Source: Planctomycetota bacterium (GTDB lineage Bacteria > Planctomycetota > B15-G4). From it: a stretch of DNA of 64,000 nucleotides. Positions 37,469 to 46,919 of this stretch are shown here, one piece after another (the first letter of the stretch is position 1; every line of letters begins with the position of its first letter). The stretch lies in the NCBI GenBank assembly GCA_965248575.1, contig CBDFJQ010000002.1:2112001-2176000 (forward strand), given 5' to 3'. Below the pieces are notes generated by a model, which saw nothing but the letters and a program-made list of their open reading frames with translations, was not told where the DNA came from and made no database searches. The position numbers were made by a program, and so were the translations under genes.

Positions 37469-38248
37469 CTAGCGGGGCCCACCCCGCAAGAGCCGCTTGC
37501 CGCTACGCGCCAGGGTCCGGGCGCCGAGGTAGACGGACCCGCGGACGGTCCCCAGCAGCTTGAAGAGCGACGGGTCCCGGAGGTAGTACACGTCCAGGCG
37601 CGGCAACTGCAGCCGATCGTCCGAGCGGCGCGCCGTCGCCAGACGAACGCTGACGGCCCCCCTGAACTGCTCTCTCGCGAGCTCCACCACCCCGGGGTCC
37701 AGATCGCCGTAGGGATAGGCAAAGGACGACACAGGCGCCCCGAGGCGCTCCTGGAGGGCTTCCTTGCTGCGGATCAGCTCTTCCTGCGCAAGCTCGGGTG
37801 CAAGCTGCGGCAGGTGCACGTGATTCGCAGTGTGCGCAGCGATTTCCCAGCCAAGCTCCACCAACTGCTGCACCTCGTCCCAGTTGAGCAACGGCAGTCG
37901 TGGAATGCCGTCGCCTTGCCCCGGCCAGTCGCTGCTCTTGCCGCACCAGTCGGTGACCAGGAAGACGGTGGCAGAGAAGCCGTAGCGCTCCAGGACAGGT
38001 GCCCCGAACTCCAGCACGTTCGCGAAGCCATCGTCAAAGGTCACGACGACGGGGCGCTCCGGGAGCGTGCCCCGACCGTCCCAGGCATCCAGCAGGGCAT
38101 CCAGCCGCACGGCCGTGAAACCCCGCTCCGACAGCGACCGCATGTGTTCTGCGAAGACCGTCGGAGCCACCGAGATCACAGAGCCCGACTCATCCAGCGA
38201 ATGGTAGGTGAGGATCGGAACCGAGCTGGGAACAGCTGCTGCACTCAT
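37469..38248 (-). CDS. Polysaccharide deacetylase (NodB/PgaB-like)
   Basis: PILTYH, TFDDG, HTANH and FAYPYG; ATG 38248 overlaps the GT4 stop. Confidence 0.9.
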   Translation of the reverse strand: MSAAAVPSSVPILTYHSLDESGSVISVAPTVFAEHMRSLSERGFTAVRLDALLDAWDGRGTLPERPVVVTFDDGFANVLEFGAPVLERYGFSATVFLVTDWCGKSSDWPGQGDGIPRLPLLNWDEVQQLVELGWEIAAHTANHVHLPQLAPELAQEELIRSKEALQERLGAPVSSFAYPYGDLDPGVVELAREQFRGAVSVRLATARRSDDRLQLPRLDVYYLRDPSLFKLLGTVRGSVYLGARTLARSGKRLLRGGPR

Positions 38249-39501
38249 GAGCGCGCGCCCCCTGGCGCGGCGCGCTCTTGCACGAGCTGGTTCACGATCT
38301 CCAGGTAGGTCGCCAGGTGAACGTCCTCCGTCCAATGGGTGGCATAGGCGACACGCGCCAATGCGCCCAGCCTGTCTCGCAGTGCCTTGTCTGACAGCAG
38401 CTTCAACATCGCATGACGACACTGCTCGAGCGTCTCAAAGATCATGCCGGCACCGCTCTTGGCCACGAGCTCTGGGGTCGCTCCAAGGTTCCGGACGATG
38501 GCGGGCGTGCCATGGGCGAAGGCCTCCACCGGGATGAGATTGAACACCTCGTAGCAGAGCGACGGCCCCAACACGGCCACGGCACCCCTGTACAGGGAAC
38601 CCAAGCGCTCCGGGTGAACCTGGCCCAGGAAGCTCACGTGCTCCAGGCCTTGGGCCAGGCGCTCCAGCTCTGGACGGTACTGCCCATCACCGACGACCAG
38701 CAGCCGGGCGGAGCGTTCCTCCCGAAAGAGCTTGAGCAGGTCCTGGACGCCTTTGAGCTTCTCCAGCCGGCCGACGAACAAGAAGTAGGGCAGCTCGGAA
38801 TCGCTGCCTGCATCCTGCGCCGCCCCCGCCTGCTCGCTGGTAGGCGCAGGGACGAAGTGGGGCAAAACGCGCATGGGACGCTGGATGCCCGCTGCCTGAT
38901 GCTGGGCCATGGCGAACTCGCTGGGCATCAGGAACTGATCCACGGACGCCACGCAGCGCTCGATGTGCCCCGTGTGCCGCCACAACTGCGGCGGTCGCTT
39001 GCTGCGCAGGGTGCATGGCAAGCAGGTGCGCTTGGTGCAGGCCTCGCGCCCGTTGCGGAACAGGACATGCGTCGGGCAGACCAACCAGTACTCATGTGCC
39101 GTGTACAGCTTGGGCGCGTTGCCCAGGCGCAACACCCCCGGCCCGCCCATGAGCGACACATTGTGGTAGTGGATGACGTCGTACGCGTCGCTCCCGAGCA
39201 GCTCCCGCAGCTGAGCCCCATAGCCTGCAGGCCGCCCCGTCTGATGGGCGACCAGGGATGCCAGCCCGGGCCGCGCCGATTGCAGCGAGTGAACCCGCAC
39301 GTTGGGGTGGTGCTGGTAGGCCACTCCGGGCTCGGCCGGATGGCTCAGGCGATAGGCATCCACGGAGTGGGCGACGTCCACCGTGTGTCCCCGCCGCGCC
39401 AGCGACTCAGCCAAGCGGTAGACACACATGGCGTCCCCCCCGAAGTGGTAGGGAGGATAGAAGGTGGTCACAAAGCAGAATCGAAGCGACACGCTGTTCA
39501 A
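38245..39501 (-). CDS. GT4 family glycosyltransferase
   Basis: FYPP..GG, FVGRLEKLKG and EVFNLIPVEA (ExxxxxxxE). Confidence 0.9.
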   Translation of the reverse strand: MNSVSLRFCFVTTFYPPYHFGGDAMCVYRLAESLARRGHTVDVAHSVDAYRLSHPAEPGVAYQHHPNVRVHSLQSARPGLASLVAHQTGRPAGYGAQLRELLGSDAYDVIHYHNVSLMGGPGVLRLGNAPKLYTAHEYWLVCPTHVLFRNGREACTKRTCLPCTLRSKRPPQLWRHTGHIERCVASVDQFLMPSEFAMAQHQAAGIQRPMRVLPHFVPAPTSEQAGAAQDAGSDSELPYFLFVGRLEKLKGVQDLLKLFREERSARLLVVGDGQYRPELERLAQGLEHVSFLGQVHPERLGSLYRGAVAVLGPSLCYEVFNLIPVEAFAHGTPAIVRNLGATPELVAKSGAGMIFETLEQCRHAMLKLLSDKALRDRLGALARVAYATHWTEDVHLATYLEIVNQLVQERAAPGGARS

Positions 39502-39570
39502 TCTCGACCCGACAACGAAGGGGCACGACGGTCCGACGGCTTGTCCCGAACCCAGAGCCCGGCGAGGCCC

Positions 39571-40743
39571 CTAGGGCGCATGACTCGCGGCCTGCCCGTC
39601 ACCCTTGAGCCGGTCTCGTAGGTGGAGCAGGACACCGCAACCGAAGGCGATCCCACTGTAGAGGAAGTACAGGATGTGCAAGGGAGCCACCGCCGCCGCG
39701 AAGAGCGGGCTGCGCACACGCGCATAGAAGGCGTAGAGGCTCCGATTGAGCACCACGATGCCCAGCACCAGCGCCGCCGAGAGGGCGCCCCACCACGGCA
39801 GGAGCCATATCGCCCAGCCCAGGACAGCCGACACGCCAAGGGCCACGCCCCACGCGTGTGCAGGCGTCATCCGGTGTTTCAGCGTCCAGCGGTCCAGGCC
39901 CAGGATGATGAGCCAGCCCAAGACCGGCAGCAGCGCTAGGAGCGGCTGAACCCAGGCGCCGGCGAGGAACGTGAGCGAGAGCACAGCCGTCAACATCAGC
40001 GAAACGCGCTGGGTGACCCCCGTGTTCAAGTCGTCGGGCATGCTGCCCTCACGCAAGATCAGGCGCGTCCAGGGGATCCCCCGATCGAAGACGTCAGTGC
40101 GGATGGTGCCCCAGAGGGTCCAGCGCTTCAGGTGTGTCACCTGGATGTGCTTCTTCACCGCAATGCGTTGGCCAGCCTTGACCAGGCGCGCGCCGAGCTC
40201 GATGTCCTCGATGGACGGCCGGTCGTAGAGACCCGGATCGAAGCCGCCGTGCTCTTCGTAGACCTCACGCAGCATGGCGCCGCAGCCGCTCCAGAATGTC
40301 GACGCCTGCTCCTGCCCTTGCTGGTGCACGAAGTGGTGGAACAGGTTGCGGTACTGGGAGATGAAATTGGGCTCGGTGGGCTCCGTGTCATACGAACCAA
40401 AGAGCGCGTGCAGGCCCGGGTCCTGCTCGAAGGCCTCAATCACCGCCCCGATGTTCGGAGGGTGTACCCCGGTGTCGGCGTCAATGAAGTAGAGGATCTC
40501 GCCGGTCGCCAACTGGGCACCCCGGTTGCGGGCGCCCGCTGGGCCCGCTCGCTGCTCCAGCCGGACCACCTGCGCCTGGTAATCCTCTGCGACCTGCGCG
40601 GTGTCATCGGTGGACGCATCGTCAGCCACGATCAATTCGTAGCGCTCATCCGTCGAGGTGCTGAGCCGGTCGAGGCAGAAACGCAATTGCTCCGGACAAT
40701 TGCGGGCCGGGATGACGACTGAAACCCGGACGCTTGCGCTCAC
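39571..40743 (-). CDS. GT2 family glycosyltransferase with C-terminal TM helices
   Basis: SVVIPARN, DDASTD, GPAGARNRG, FIDAD and IEDIELG; GTG start at 40743. Confidence 0.88.
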   Translation of the reverse strand: MSASVRVSVVIPARNCPEQLRFCLDRLSTSTDERYELIVADDASTDDTAQVAEDYQAQVVRLEQRAGPAGARNRGAQLATGEILYFIDADTGVHPPNIGAVIEAFEQDPGLHALFGSYDTEPTEPNFISQYRNLFHHFVHQQGQEQASTFWSGCGAMLREVYEEHGGFDPGLYDRPSIEDIELGARLVKAGQRIAVKKHIQVTHLKRWTLWGTIRTDVFDRGIPWTRLILREGSMPDDLNTGVTQRVSLMLTAVLSLTFLAGAWVQPLLALLPVLGWLIILGLDRWTLKHRMTPAHAWGVALGVSAVLGWAIWLLPWWGALSAALVLGIVVLNRSLYAFYARVRSPLFAAAVAPLHILYFLYSGIAFGCGVLLHLRDRLKGDGQAASHAP

Positions 40744-40753
40744 CGGAGTCGGA

Positions 40754-41080
40754 TCAGGCTGAGGGGCCGCCACGCTTCTGTGCCACGAGGTTGTAGACGC
40801 GGACGAACAGCCACGTCCCGATGAAACCCACGGCAAAGGCGTAGCCGAAACCCAGCAAGCTGCCCACGAACGTGACCTTGAAGCCCGGGAAGAAGTGGCC
40901 CAGGAGATTGAGGTGCTTGCCAACCTGCTGTCCGCCGCGCAGCACCAGGATGTTGGTGGCGACGAACAGGCCGATGCCGCAGAGCACGCCTGCGGTGATG
41001 CCCCAGATGGTGGCATCCATCCGCACGATGCGGCGCTGGGCGGATTCGTCAGCGGGATTCGGAGAAGTGGGCGTTGCCAT
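40754..41080 (-). CDS. Small membrane protein of unknown function
   Basis: 108 aa with two or three hydrophobic segments, inside the operon; similar to the C-terminal domain of the upstream oxidoreductase. Confidence 0.8.
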   Translation of the reverse strand: MATPTSPNPADESAQRRIVRMDATIWGITAGVLCGIGLFVATNILVLRGGQQVGKHLNLLGHFFPGFKVTFVGSLLGFGYAFAVGFIGTWLFVRVYNLVAQKRGGPSA

Positions 41081-41115
41081 AGTGATAGGTCACTTTGCCA
41101 CGCGTTGGCGCGAGA

Positions 41116-42939
41116 TCAAATGTAGTCCAGCAGATCCCGCAGAAAACCCCGCTCAGCCCGGCGTCTGACCAGCGAGAAGTAGAGGAACCACACACCATTC
41201 CGGACCAGGGCGGCCATCCAACCCACGATGAAACCGAGTGCTCCGCCGTAGACGAGACCCAGCAGCGTCCCCGTGGGCGTCACACGGTAGCCCGGGAGGT
41301 AGTGGTGCAGCAGGTTCAGGGTCGCGCCCGTATCCGGCCCCCCCTTGGCCACGAGAATGCCCGTCATCAACAGGAGGGCGATGCCCCCCACGGCAGCGCC
41401 GGCTGCGCCGAAGGCCACGCGATCCAGCGAACGGAGCACAGCGGACAGGCCGACGGGAGCCGGGACATCCATGTAGCGCTTGTTTCGCCCGGGGCTGGTG
41501 TCGGCCTCCTCACCCTCATCGACCTCGTGGTACTCCTGCTCGGTGTTCACGGACCACAGGTCGTGGTTCTCACCAGCGATCACGTTGCGCACGGCATACA
41601 TGCCGGTGAGCATGGCGTGGTCCTGGTTGTTGTAGCGATGGAGGCCGTTGCGCCCGATGGTCTGCAAGTTCTCGAACTCGTCTACGAACCCGCGCACGAC
41701 ATCCAGGTGGGTCGCGTACTCGGCGTCGTAGACCGGGTAGGCCTTGGGCACGCGAAAGACGCAGCCGTCGGAGATGTCGTCCAACTTGGCCAGGCCGATG
41801 CCGCCCAGTTCCTTCTTGCCCAGGGCGACGAGGTCTTCGTCAGCCATCGTCCAGAGCTCGTCGCCTTCGTTACAGAAGTACTCCATGCCGACGCTGGTCT
41901 TGCTCTGGTCTGGAACCATGTCGGGGCTCCAGTTCTTGAAGTTCTGGATGCGCCCCACCTCCACCGAGTCCTCGTGGATGTAGATCCAGTTGTCGGGGAA
42001 GAGGTCCGCTTGGTCGACGATCAGGCAGACCGTCAGGAAGTCGCGGTGGCTGAGCTTGTCCGCCGCGGCCAGGACCTCGTCCGGAGCGGGAGGGTCCATC
42101 TTCCGCACCAATTCCGGAATGGGCATGCTCGAAATGAAGTCCGTTCCGTCGGTGCGCTGCTCTTCCCCCTCGATCACGGCGGTCACGCCCGTGACCTTCA
42201 TGCCCTCGCGATGCACCTTCACGACGTCGGCGTTCATACCCACCGTACCGCCATGCTCCTCGATGATGCGGGTCACGGCCTTCCACATCATGCCGGGGCC
42301 CTGACGCGGGTAGTCGAACTGCTCGATGAGCGTCTTGATGGCGTTCTTCGGCTTGAAGAACATGCTCAGGACGGCCGTGCGCAGGGACAGGTCCTGGATG
42401 CGCTGCGCCGCCCACTCGGCTTTCAGCTCGGAGCAGGAGATCCCCCACACCTTCTCGGTGTAGGTCTTGAAGAAGGTCATGAAGAGCCGCTTGCCGAAGC
42501 GGTTGGTGACCCACTCCTCGAAGGTGTTCTCCTGTTTGTACGGGAACATCTTCCAGCGCACGTAGCTGCACCCGATCAGGATGCTCTGCACGATGCCGAG
42601 GCCCGCCAGGGCGTTGAAGGGCTGCAGCGGGTAGTGGAAGAACTTCCTCTTGTAGAAGATGCGGGAGAGTCGCGGTCGCTCCAGGAACTCGTCCGTGAGC
42701 ACCTCGTGCCACATCTCGTTGACTTCCTTGGCCTTCGTGAAGAAGCGGTGCCCCCCCATGTCGAAGTGGAAGCCCTTGTACTGCTCCGTGCGGGAGATGC
42801 CGCCCACGGTGTAGCTCTTCTCGAAGACGCTCGGAGGGTAGCCAGCCTGAGCGAGCTTGTAGCCGGCGGTCAGGCCAGCTGGCCCTCCACCCACGACCAC
42901 GAACTTGCGCTGAGAGCTGTCCGCCTGAGAGGTGGCCAC
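41116..42939 (-). CDS. FAD/NAD(P)-dependent oxidoreductase (HemY/UDP-galactopyranose mutase-like fold) with a C-terminal membrane domain
   Basis: VVVGGGPAGLTAG, VGGISRT, FDMGGHRFF, YTEKVWG and GRNGLHRYNNQDH; probable GTG start at 42939. Confidence 0.87.
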   Translation of the reverse strand: MATSQADSSQRKFVVVGGGPAGLTAGYKLAQAGYPPSVFEKSYTVGGISRTEQYKGFHFDMGGHRFFTKAKEVNEMWHEVLTDEFLERPRLSRIFYKRKFFHYPLQPFNALAGLGIVQSILIGCSYVRWKMFPYKQENTFEEWVTNRFGKRLFMTFFKTYTEKVWGISCSELKAEWAAQRIQDLSLRTAVLSMFFKPKNAIKTLIEQFDYPRQGPGMMWKAVTRIIEEHGGTVGMNADVVKVHREGMKVTGVTAVIEGEEQRTDGTDFISSMPIPELVRKMDPPAPDEVLAAADKLSHRDFLTVCLIVDQADLFPDNWIYIHEDSVEVGRIQNFKNWSPDMVPDQSKTSVGMEYFCNEGDELWTMADEDLVALGKKELGGIGLAKLDDISDGCVFRVPKAYPVYDAEYATHLDVVRGFVDEFENLQTIGRNGLHRYNNQDHAMLTGMYAVRNVIAGENHDLWSVNTEQEYHEVDEGEEADTSPGRNKRYMDVPAPVGLSAVLRSLDRVAFGAAGAAVGGIALLLMTGILVAKGGPDTGATLNLLHHYLPGYRVTPTGTLLGLVYGGALGFIVGWMAALVRNGVWFLYFSLVRRRAERGFLRDLLDYI

Positions 42940-43293
42940 GAAGTCTCCGGTCCAGAGTTGTGCAAAGCGCAGGAATTGCCCGAGGACCCCGCTTTTGGGC
43001 CGCCCAAGGGCCGGTCCAGGGAAAGACGACCCACAGACCGACGCGAGAAGGATAGGACCCAATTGGGCACCGGTCGAGAAAGAAGCCAAAGCCGCTGGTG
43101 ATCCGCGCCTGGGGGTCCAGGGCGCACACTCCTTCGGCAGTCCCATGAGGACCGGACTCCAACTTCAGGGTATCCTTATGGGCGCTCTCCACCGCTGCAG
43201 GGCTTTGGATGGACTCACGGGAAAGAGCATCGCGACCGCTGGGCAGGGGGCCAGGGCCAACCCGCAGAACGCAGTCACCGGAGAAGACACACC

Positions 43294-45342
43294 TTGAGCA
43301 TGGACCAGTTAGCGGGGCCTCACGCCCGCGCGAGGCGGGTGGGGAACGCCCGCCTCGCTACTTTTGGGCTGGCAGTCCTGCTGGGCGCGGTCCCAGCGAG
43401 CCTGAGCGCCCAAGGCGCAACCCTCGGTGCTCCCACAGGGCCCGACGATCAGGACATCGAGGCCCAAGTGCTCCCGAAACCGAAGCCAACAGGGCCAAAC
43501 ATCCTGCTGATCCTGGCCGATGACCTGGGGCACGGCGATCTGGGCTGCTTTGGCAGCGATTTCATCATCACCCCTGAGCTGGATGCCCTCGCCGCCCAAG
43601 GCATGAGGCTGCTGAACTTCTCCACCAACAGCGCAGGTTGCACGCCTTCACGGGTGAGCATCTTGACGGGCACCATGGCCACCTATCACGGCTTCCAGAG
43701 CGTCAACACGAACGCGACCCATCGGGGTATCCCGGATGCTGTGACGACCTTGCCAGACGTGCTCCGGGAAGGCGGCTACTACACCGGACACATCGGCAAA
43801 TGGCACATCGGAGAGGACATCGACGACGACACCGATGAGTTCCTTCCGCTGCGAGCGGGCTTCGATTGGAGCGCGCGGCTCTTCATCCCCAACCAGCAGA
43901 CCCACTGGAACCCCTCGGTCGTCCTGCACGAGACCAGCACCGAGACCCATGAGGGCCTGCACTCCACGCGCGTCCTCACAGACTACGCTCTCGATTTCCT
44001 GGACCAACGCAGTCAGGTAGACGGCGACAAGCCCTGGTTCCTGAACCTCTGGTATTACGCGCCCCATCTCCCCATGCAGGTGCCCGCAGCGTATCTCGAC
44101 CTGTACCCGGAATCGGATCCAACCGACCCCTGGACCAAGTACGCCGCCATGGTCTCTCAGATGGACCAAGGCATCGGCCAGGTGCTCGACAAGCTGGATG
44201 AGTTGGGGATGGCCGACAACACCTTGATCATGGTGTTGAGCGACAACGGGGGCTCGCTGAGCCCGGGTCTTCATCCGGACGGCAACGGCGACCTCAAGGG
44301 CGGCAAGGGCCAGTTCTTTGATGGCGGCGTGCGGGTCCCCTTCATCGCTCGCTGGCCGGACGTCATCCCAGCCAACACACAGTCGTCCGCTGCGATCTAT
44401 GCTTCCGACATCTTGCCGACGGCGCAGCAACTTGCCGGCACGGTGCAAGTGCTCCCACATGTCGAAGGCCGCAGCATGCTCCCCACGCTCCAGGGCTACG
44501 AGCAGTCTGTTCGAACCCAGAACTTCTACTGGACGGGCAAGGCCGGCGCCCAGGCGATCACTCCGGAGCACGGCATCACCGACGTCTTCGCCGTACGCCA
44601 GGACCACACGCCGCTGGGAGCCCAGGACCTCAAGCTCGTGTTCACGCCGCAGTTCCAGGCGAAACTCTATGACATGGACACGGACCCCATGGAGACCACC
44701 AGCCTCGTCTCCAGCTACCCGAACACGACCCAGAAGCTGTGGAACGGGTTCTGGCAGACCCGGCGCGTGGAGTCCACCATCCCGCTCGCAACGCCGACTC
44801 TCCAGGGGGAGGTGTTCGGTGCGGGCAACGGGTTCATGTTCTTCAACGGCGTCGCGAACATCGAATCCGACGCCTGGCTGGACTTCCACAACGGCAACTT
44901 CACGAGCCTCCTGAACGTGCGCGTGCAGAAACTGGGTGTCGAACAGGTCTTGCTACGCAAGGCTGGAAGCTTCGAGTTGGTCCTGACCGCCAGCGATCAG
45001 ATCCAACTGACCCTGGAAGATGCCACGGGTGACACCGAGCTGCTCACCGCGCCCGTGCCCGTGACCCTCGGACAAAACGTGCAGGTCGGGTTCACCGTGT
45101 CACGCTGGACGAGCCCGCTCACCGACAACACGGTGACGCTCTGGGTGGATGGGGCGGAGGCGGACTCGGGGACCGTGTCGGCTGTGGCCACCAACCGAAA
45201 CGATGTACAACTTGGAAACGATGCGGATCCCCCGCTCGGGACACGCCCTTTCAAGGGCGTGATCTCTGCGCTGGAGTTCCACAACGTGTCCTTCAATCGG
45301 GATGAGATCGCCGGAAGCTGGCCCCCGATCCCCGCCAACTGA
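43294..45342 (+). CDS. Secreted Cys-type (formylglycine) sulfatase with a C-terminal LamG-like domain
   Basis: PNILLILADDLG, canonical CTPSR..ILTG, GKWHIG and SDNGG; beta-rich tail with LWVDG and FKG.I. Confidence 0.92.
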   Translation: MSMDQLAGPHARARRVGNARLATFGLAVLLGAVPASLSAQGATLGAPTGPDDQDIEAQVLPKPKPTGPNILLILADDLGHGDLGCFGSDFIITPELDALAAQGMRLLNFSTNSAGCTPSRVSILTGTMATYHGFQSVNTNATHRGIPDAVTTLPDVLREGGYYTGHIGKWHIGEDIDDDTDEFLPLRAGFDWSARLFIPNQQTHWNPSVVLHETSTETHEGLHSTRVLTDYALDFLDQRSQVDGDKPWFLNLWYYAPHLPMQVPAAYLDLYPESDPTDPWTKYAAMVSQMDQGIGQVLDKLDELGMADNTLIMVLSDNGGSLSPGLHPDGNGDLKGGKGQFFDGGVRVPFIARWPDVIPANTQSSAAIYASDILPTAQQLAGTVQVLPHVEGRSMLPTLQGYEQSVRTQNFYWTGKAGAQAITPEHGITDVFAVRQDHTPLGAQDLKLVFTPQFQAKLYDMDTDPMETTSLVSSYPNTTQKLWNGFWQTRRVESTIPLATPTLQGEVFGAGNGFMFFNGVANIESDAWLDFHNGNFTSLLNVRVQKLGVEQVLLRKAGSFELVLTASDQIQLTLEDATGDTELLTAPVPVTLGQNVQVGFTVSRWTSPLTDNTVTLWVDGAEADSGTVSAVATNRNDVQLGNDADPPLGTRPFKGVISALEFHNVSFNRDEIAGSWPPIPAN

Positions 45343-45348
45343 CGCATT

Positions 45349-46797
45349 TCAGCGCGTGTAGCCGATCGCCTCGAGCTGACGCAGCGTCTCTTCTGAGAGC
45401 TCCTCGCCGGCGGTGAGAGCGGGGGCTTCTGCGAAGCGCTTTTCCCACATACCGACGAAGCGCCGCATGCGCTTGACCAGCTCTGGGTGCTTCGAGGCCA
45501 CGTTCGTGCGCGAACCATTGGCGGTCCGGGAGCGGGCCTGGATCTCGAGCGGTGGAAGGTCTTGCTCGCTGCCCCGGTTGTCGACGTACTGCCAGGTCTT
45601 GCCGAAGGCAGAGATCTTGCGGAACTGGCGGAAGTAGGTCTCCGTCACGATGAACTCAGGCAAGAGTTCATCAGCCGCCTGCTCATCGCCTTCCAGGATC
45701 GCCTTCAGCGACACCCCCTGGATTCCCTCCGGCACTTCCAGCCCTGCAACGTCCAGGAGCGTGGGCAACACGTCCAGCAAGCGCACGTCGTGCTTCACGC
45801 TGGACACCTGCGGCACCCAGGGTGCTTCGGGCGCAGCAGCACCATCGAGGGTCCCTGAAGCCGACTCCTTCGGCTTCCAGCCCGAGCGAAAGAGGAGCCA
45901 CGGGACGTGCACCATGGATGGATAGAGCAGCGCTCCATGGCCCTGGGAGAAGGGCAGGCCCGGGTGATCCGACAAGCCTTCGCCATGGTCACTCGTGATG
46001 CAGAACAGGGCGTCCTCCCAACCGGGGAGCTCTCGCACCTTGTGCACGAACACCTCGATGTCGTCCGTCACCTGACGCACCATCTGCAGATACGCCCGAT
46101 TCTCTTGCCCCGGGAAGAGGTCCTTGTAGGCCGGGCGCACCATGTTGCCTCGTGCGTATTCGTGAACCTCCATCAGGTTCAGCTGCAGGTAGACCGGTTT
46201 GGGGGCGTCCGCAGCCAGCTGTTCAGAAGCGAACTCGTAGGCCTGGCCCAGCAAGCCTCCCGCCGAGTGCAGCTTGGAATCCCGGAAGAAGATCTCACCC
46301 TCTTCAGCGTCCTGCCGCGATCGCCCGAACACGACCATGCTGTCGACATAGGTGTCGAAGCCTTGGTCGAACTGCACGCGTGAGTTGATGTTGGGGTTGG
46401 CCGTAGCACCAAACGTCGCGTAGCCACCGTCCTTGAGGATCTCCGCCAGCGTGTCGAAGTGCACTGGCAGCACCTGATCCCCCTCGTGATAGAGGCCCAA
46501 GGTGCGCGGGTACTGTGAGACCAACATGGAGCCGATCGAGGGCAAGGTCCAGCTGGTCTGCGAGATGACTGAATCGAATTGCACTCCGCCGCTCGCCAGG
46601 CGGGTCAGGGCCGGAGACGGGTCAGCCGGGTGCCCGTAGCTGCTCAACATGTCCGCCCGCAAGGTATCGATGATGATGAACACGATATTCGGCGGCGGCG
46701 CGCCCTGGGGCTCCGAAGAGCAGGAAACTCCGAGGCTGATCCCCGCGAGGAGCCACACGGCCCGACAAACAGATCGATCCATGATGGAATGGGTCAC
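45349..46797 (-). CDS. Sulfatase-like lipoprotein
   Basis: LGVSC lipobox-like motif, PNIVFIIIDTLRAD, SWTLPS, TSDHGEG and a C-terminal LEAIGYTR. Confidence 0.87.
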   Translation of the reverse strand: MTHSIMDRSVCRAVWLLAGISLGVSCSSEPQGAPPPNIVFIIIDTLRADMLSSYGHPADPSPALTRLASGGVQFDSVISQTSWTLPSIGSMLVSQYPRTLGLYHEGDQVLPVHFDTLAEILKDGGYATFGATANPNINSRVQFDQGFDTYVDSMVVFGRSRQDAEEGEIFFRDSKLHSAGGLLGQAYEFASEQLAADAPKPVYLQLNLMEVHEYARGNMVRPAYKDLFPGQENRAYLQMVRQVTDDIEVFVHKVRELPGWEDALFCITSDHGEGLSDHPGLPFSQGHGALLYPSMVHVPWLLFRSGWKPKESASGTLDGAAAPEAPWVPQVSSVKHDVRLLDVLPTLLDVAGLEVPEGIQGVSLKAILEGDEQAADELLPEFIVTETYFRQFRKISAFGKTWQYVDNRGSEQDLPPLEIQARSRTANGSRTNVASKHPELVKRMRRFVGMWEKRFAEAPALTAGEELSEETLRQLEAIGYTR

Positions 46798-46919
46798 TCA
46801 CGAAAGGGGGGCGCAGGGCCGGCAAGCCGACCGCGCATGCTAACACGCGCCCGAGCCTCAACCCGCTGAGGCCCGGACGCGCGAGGTGATGGCGAGTGCG
46901 AAGGCAACTCGCAGCTGGG

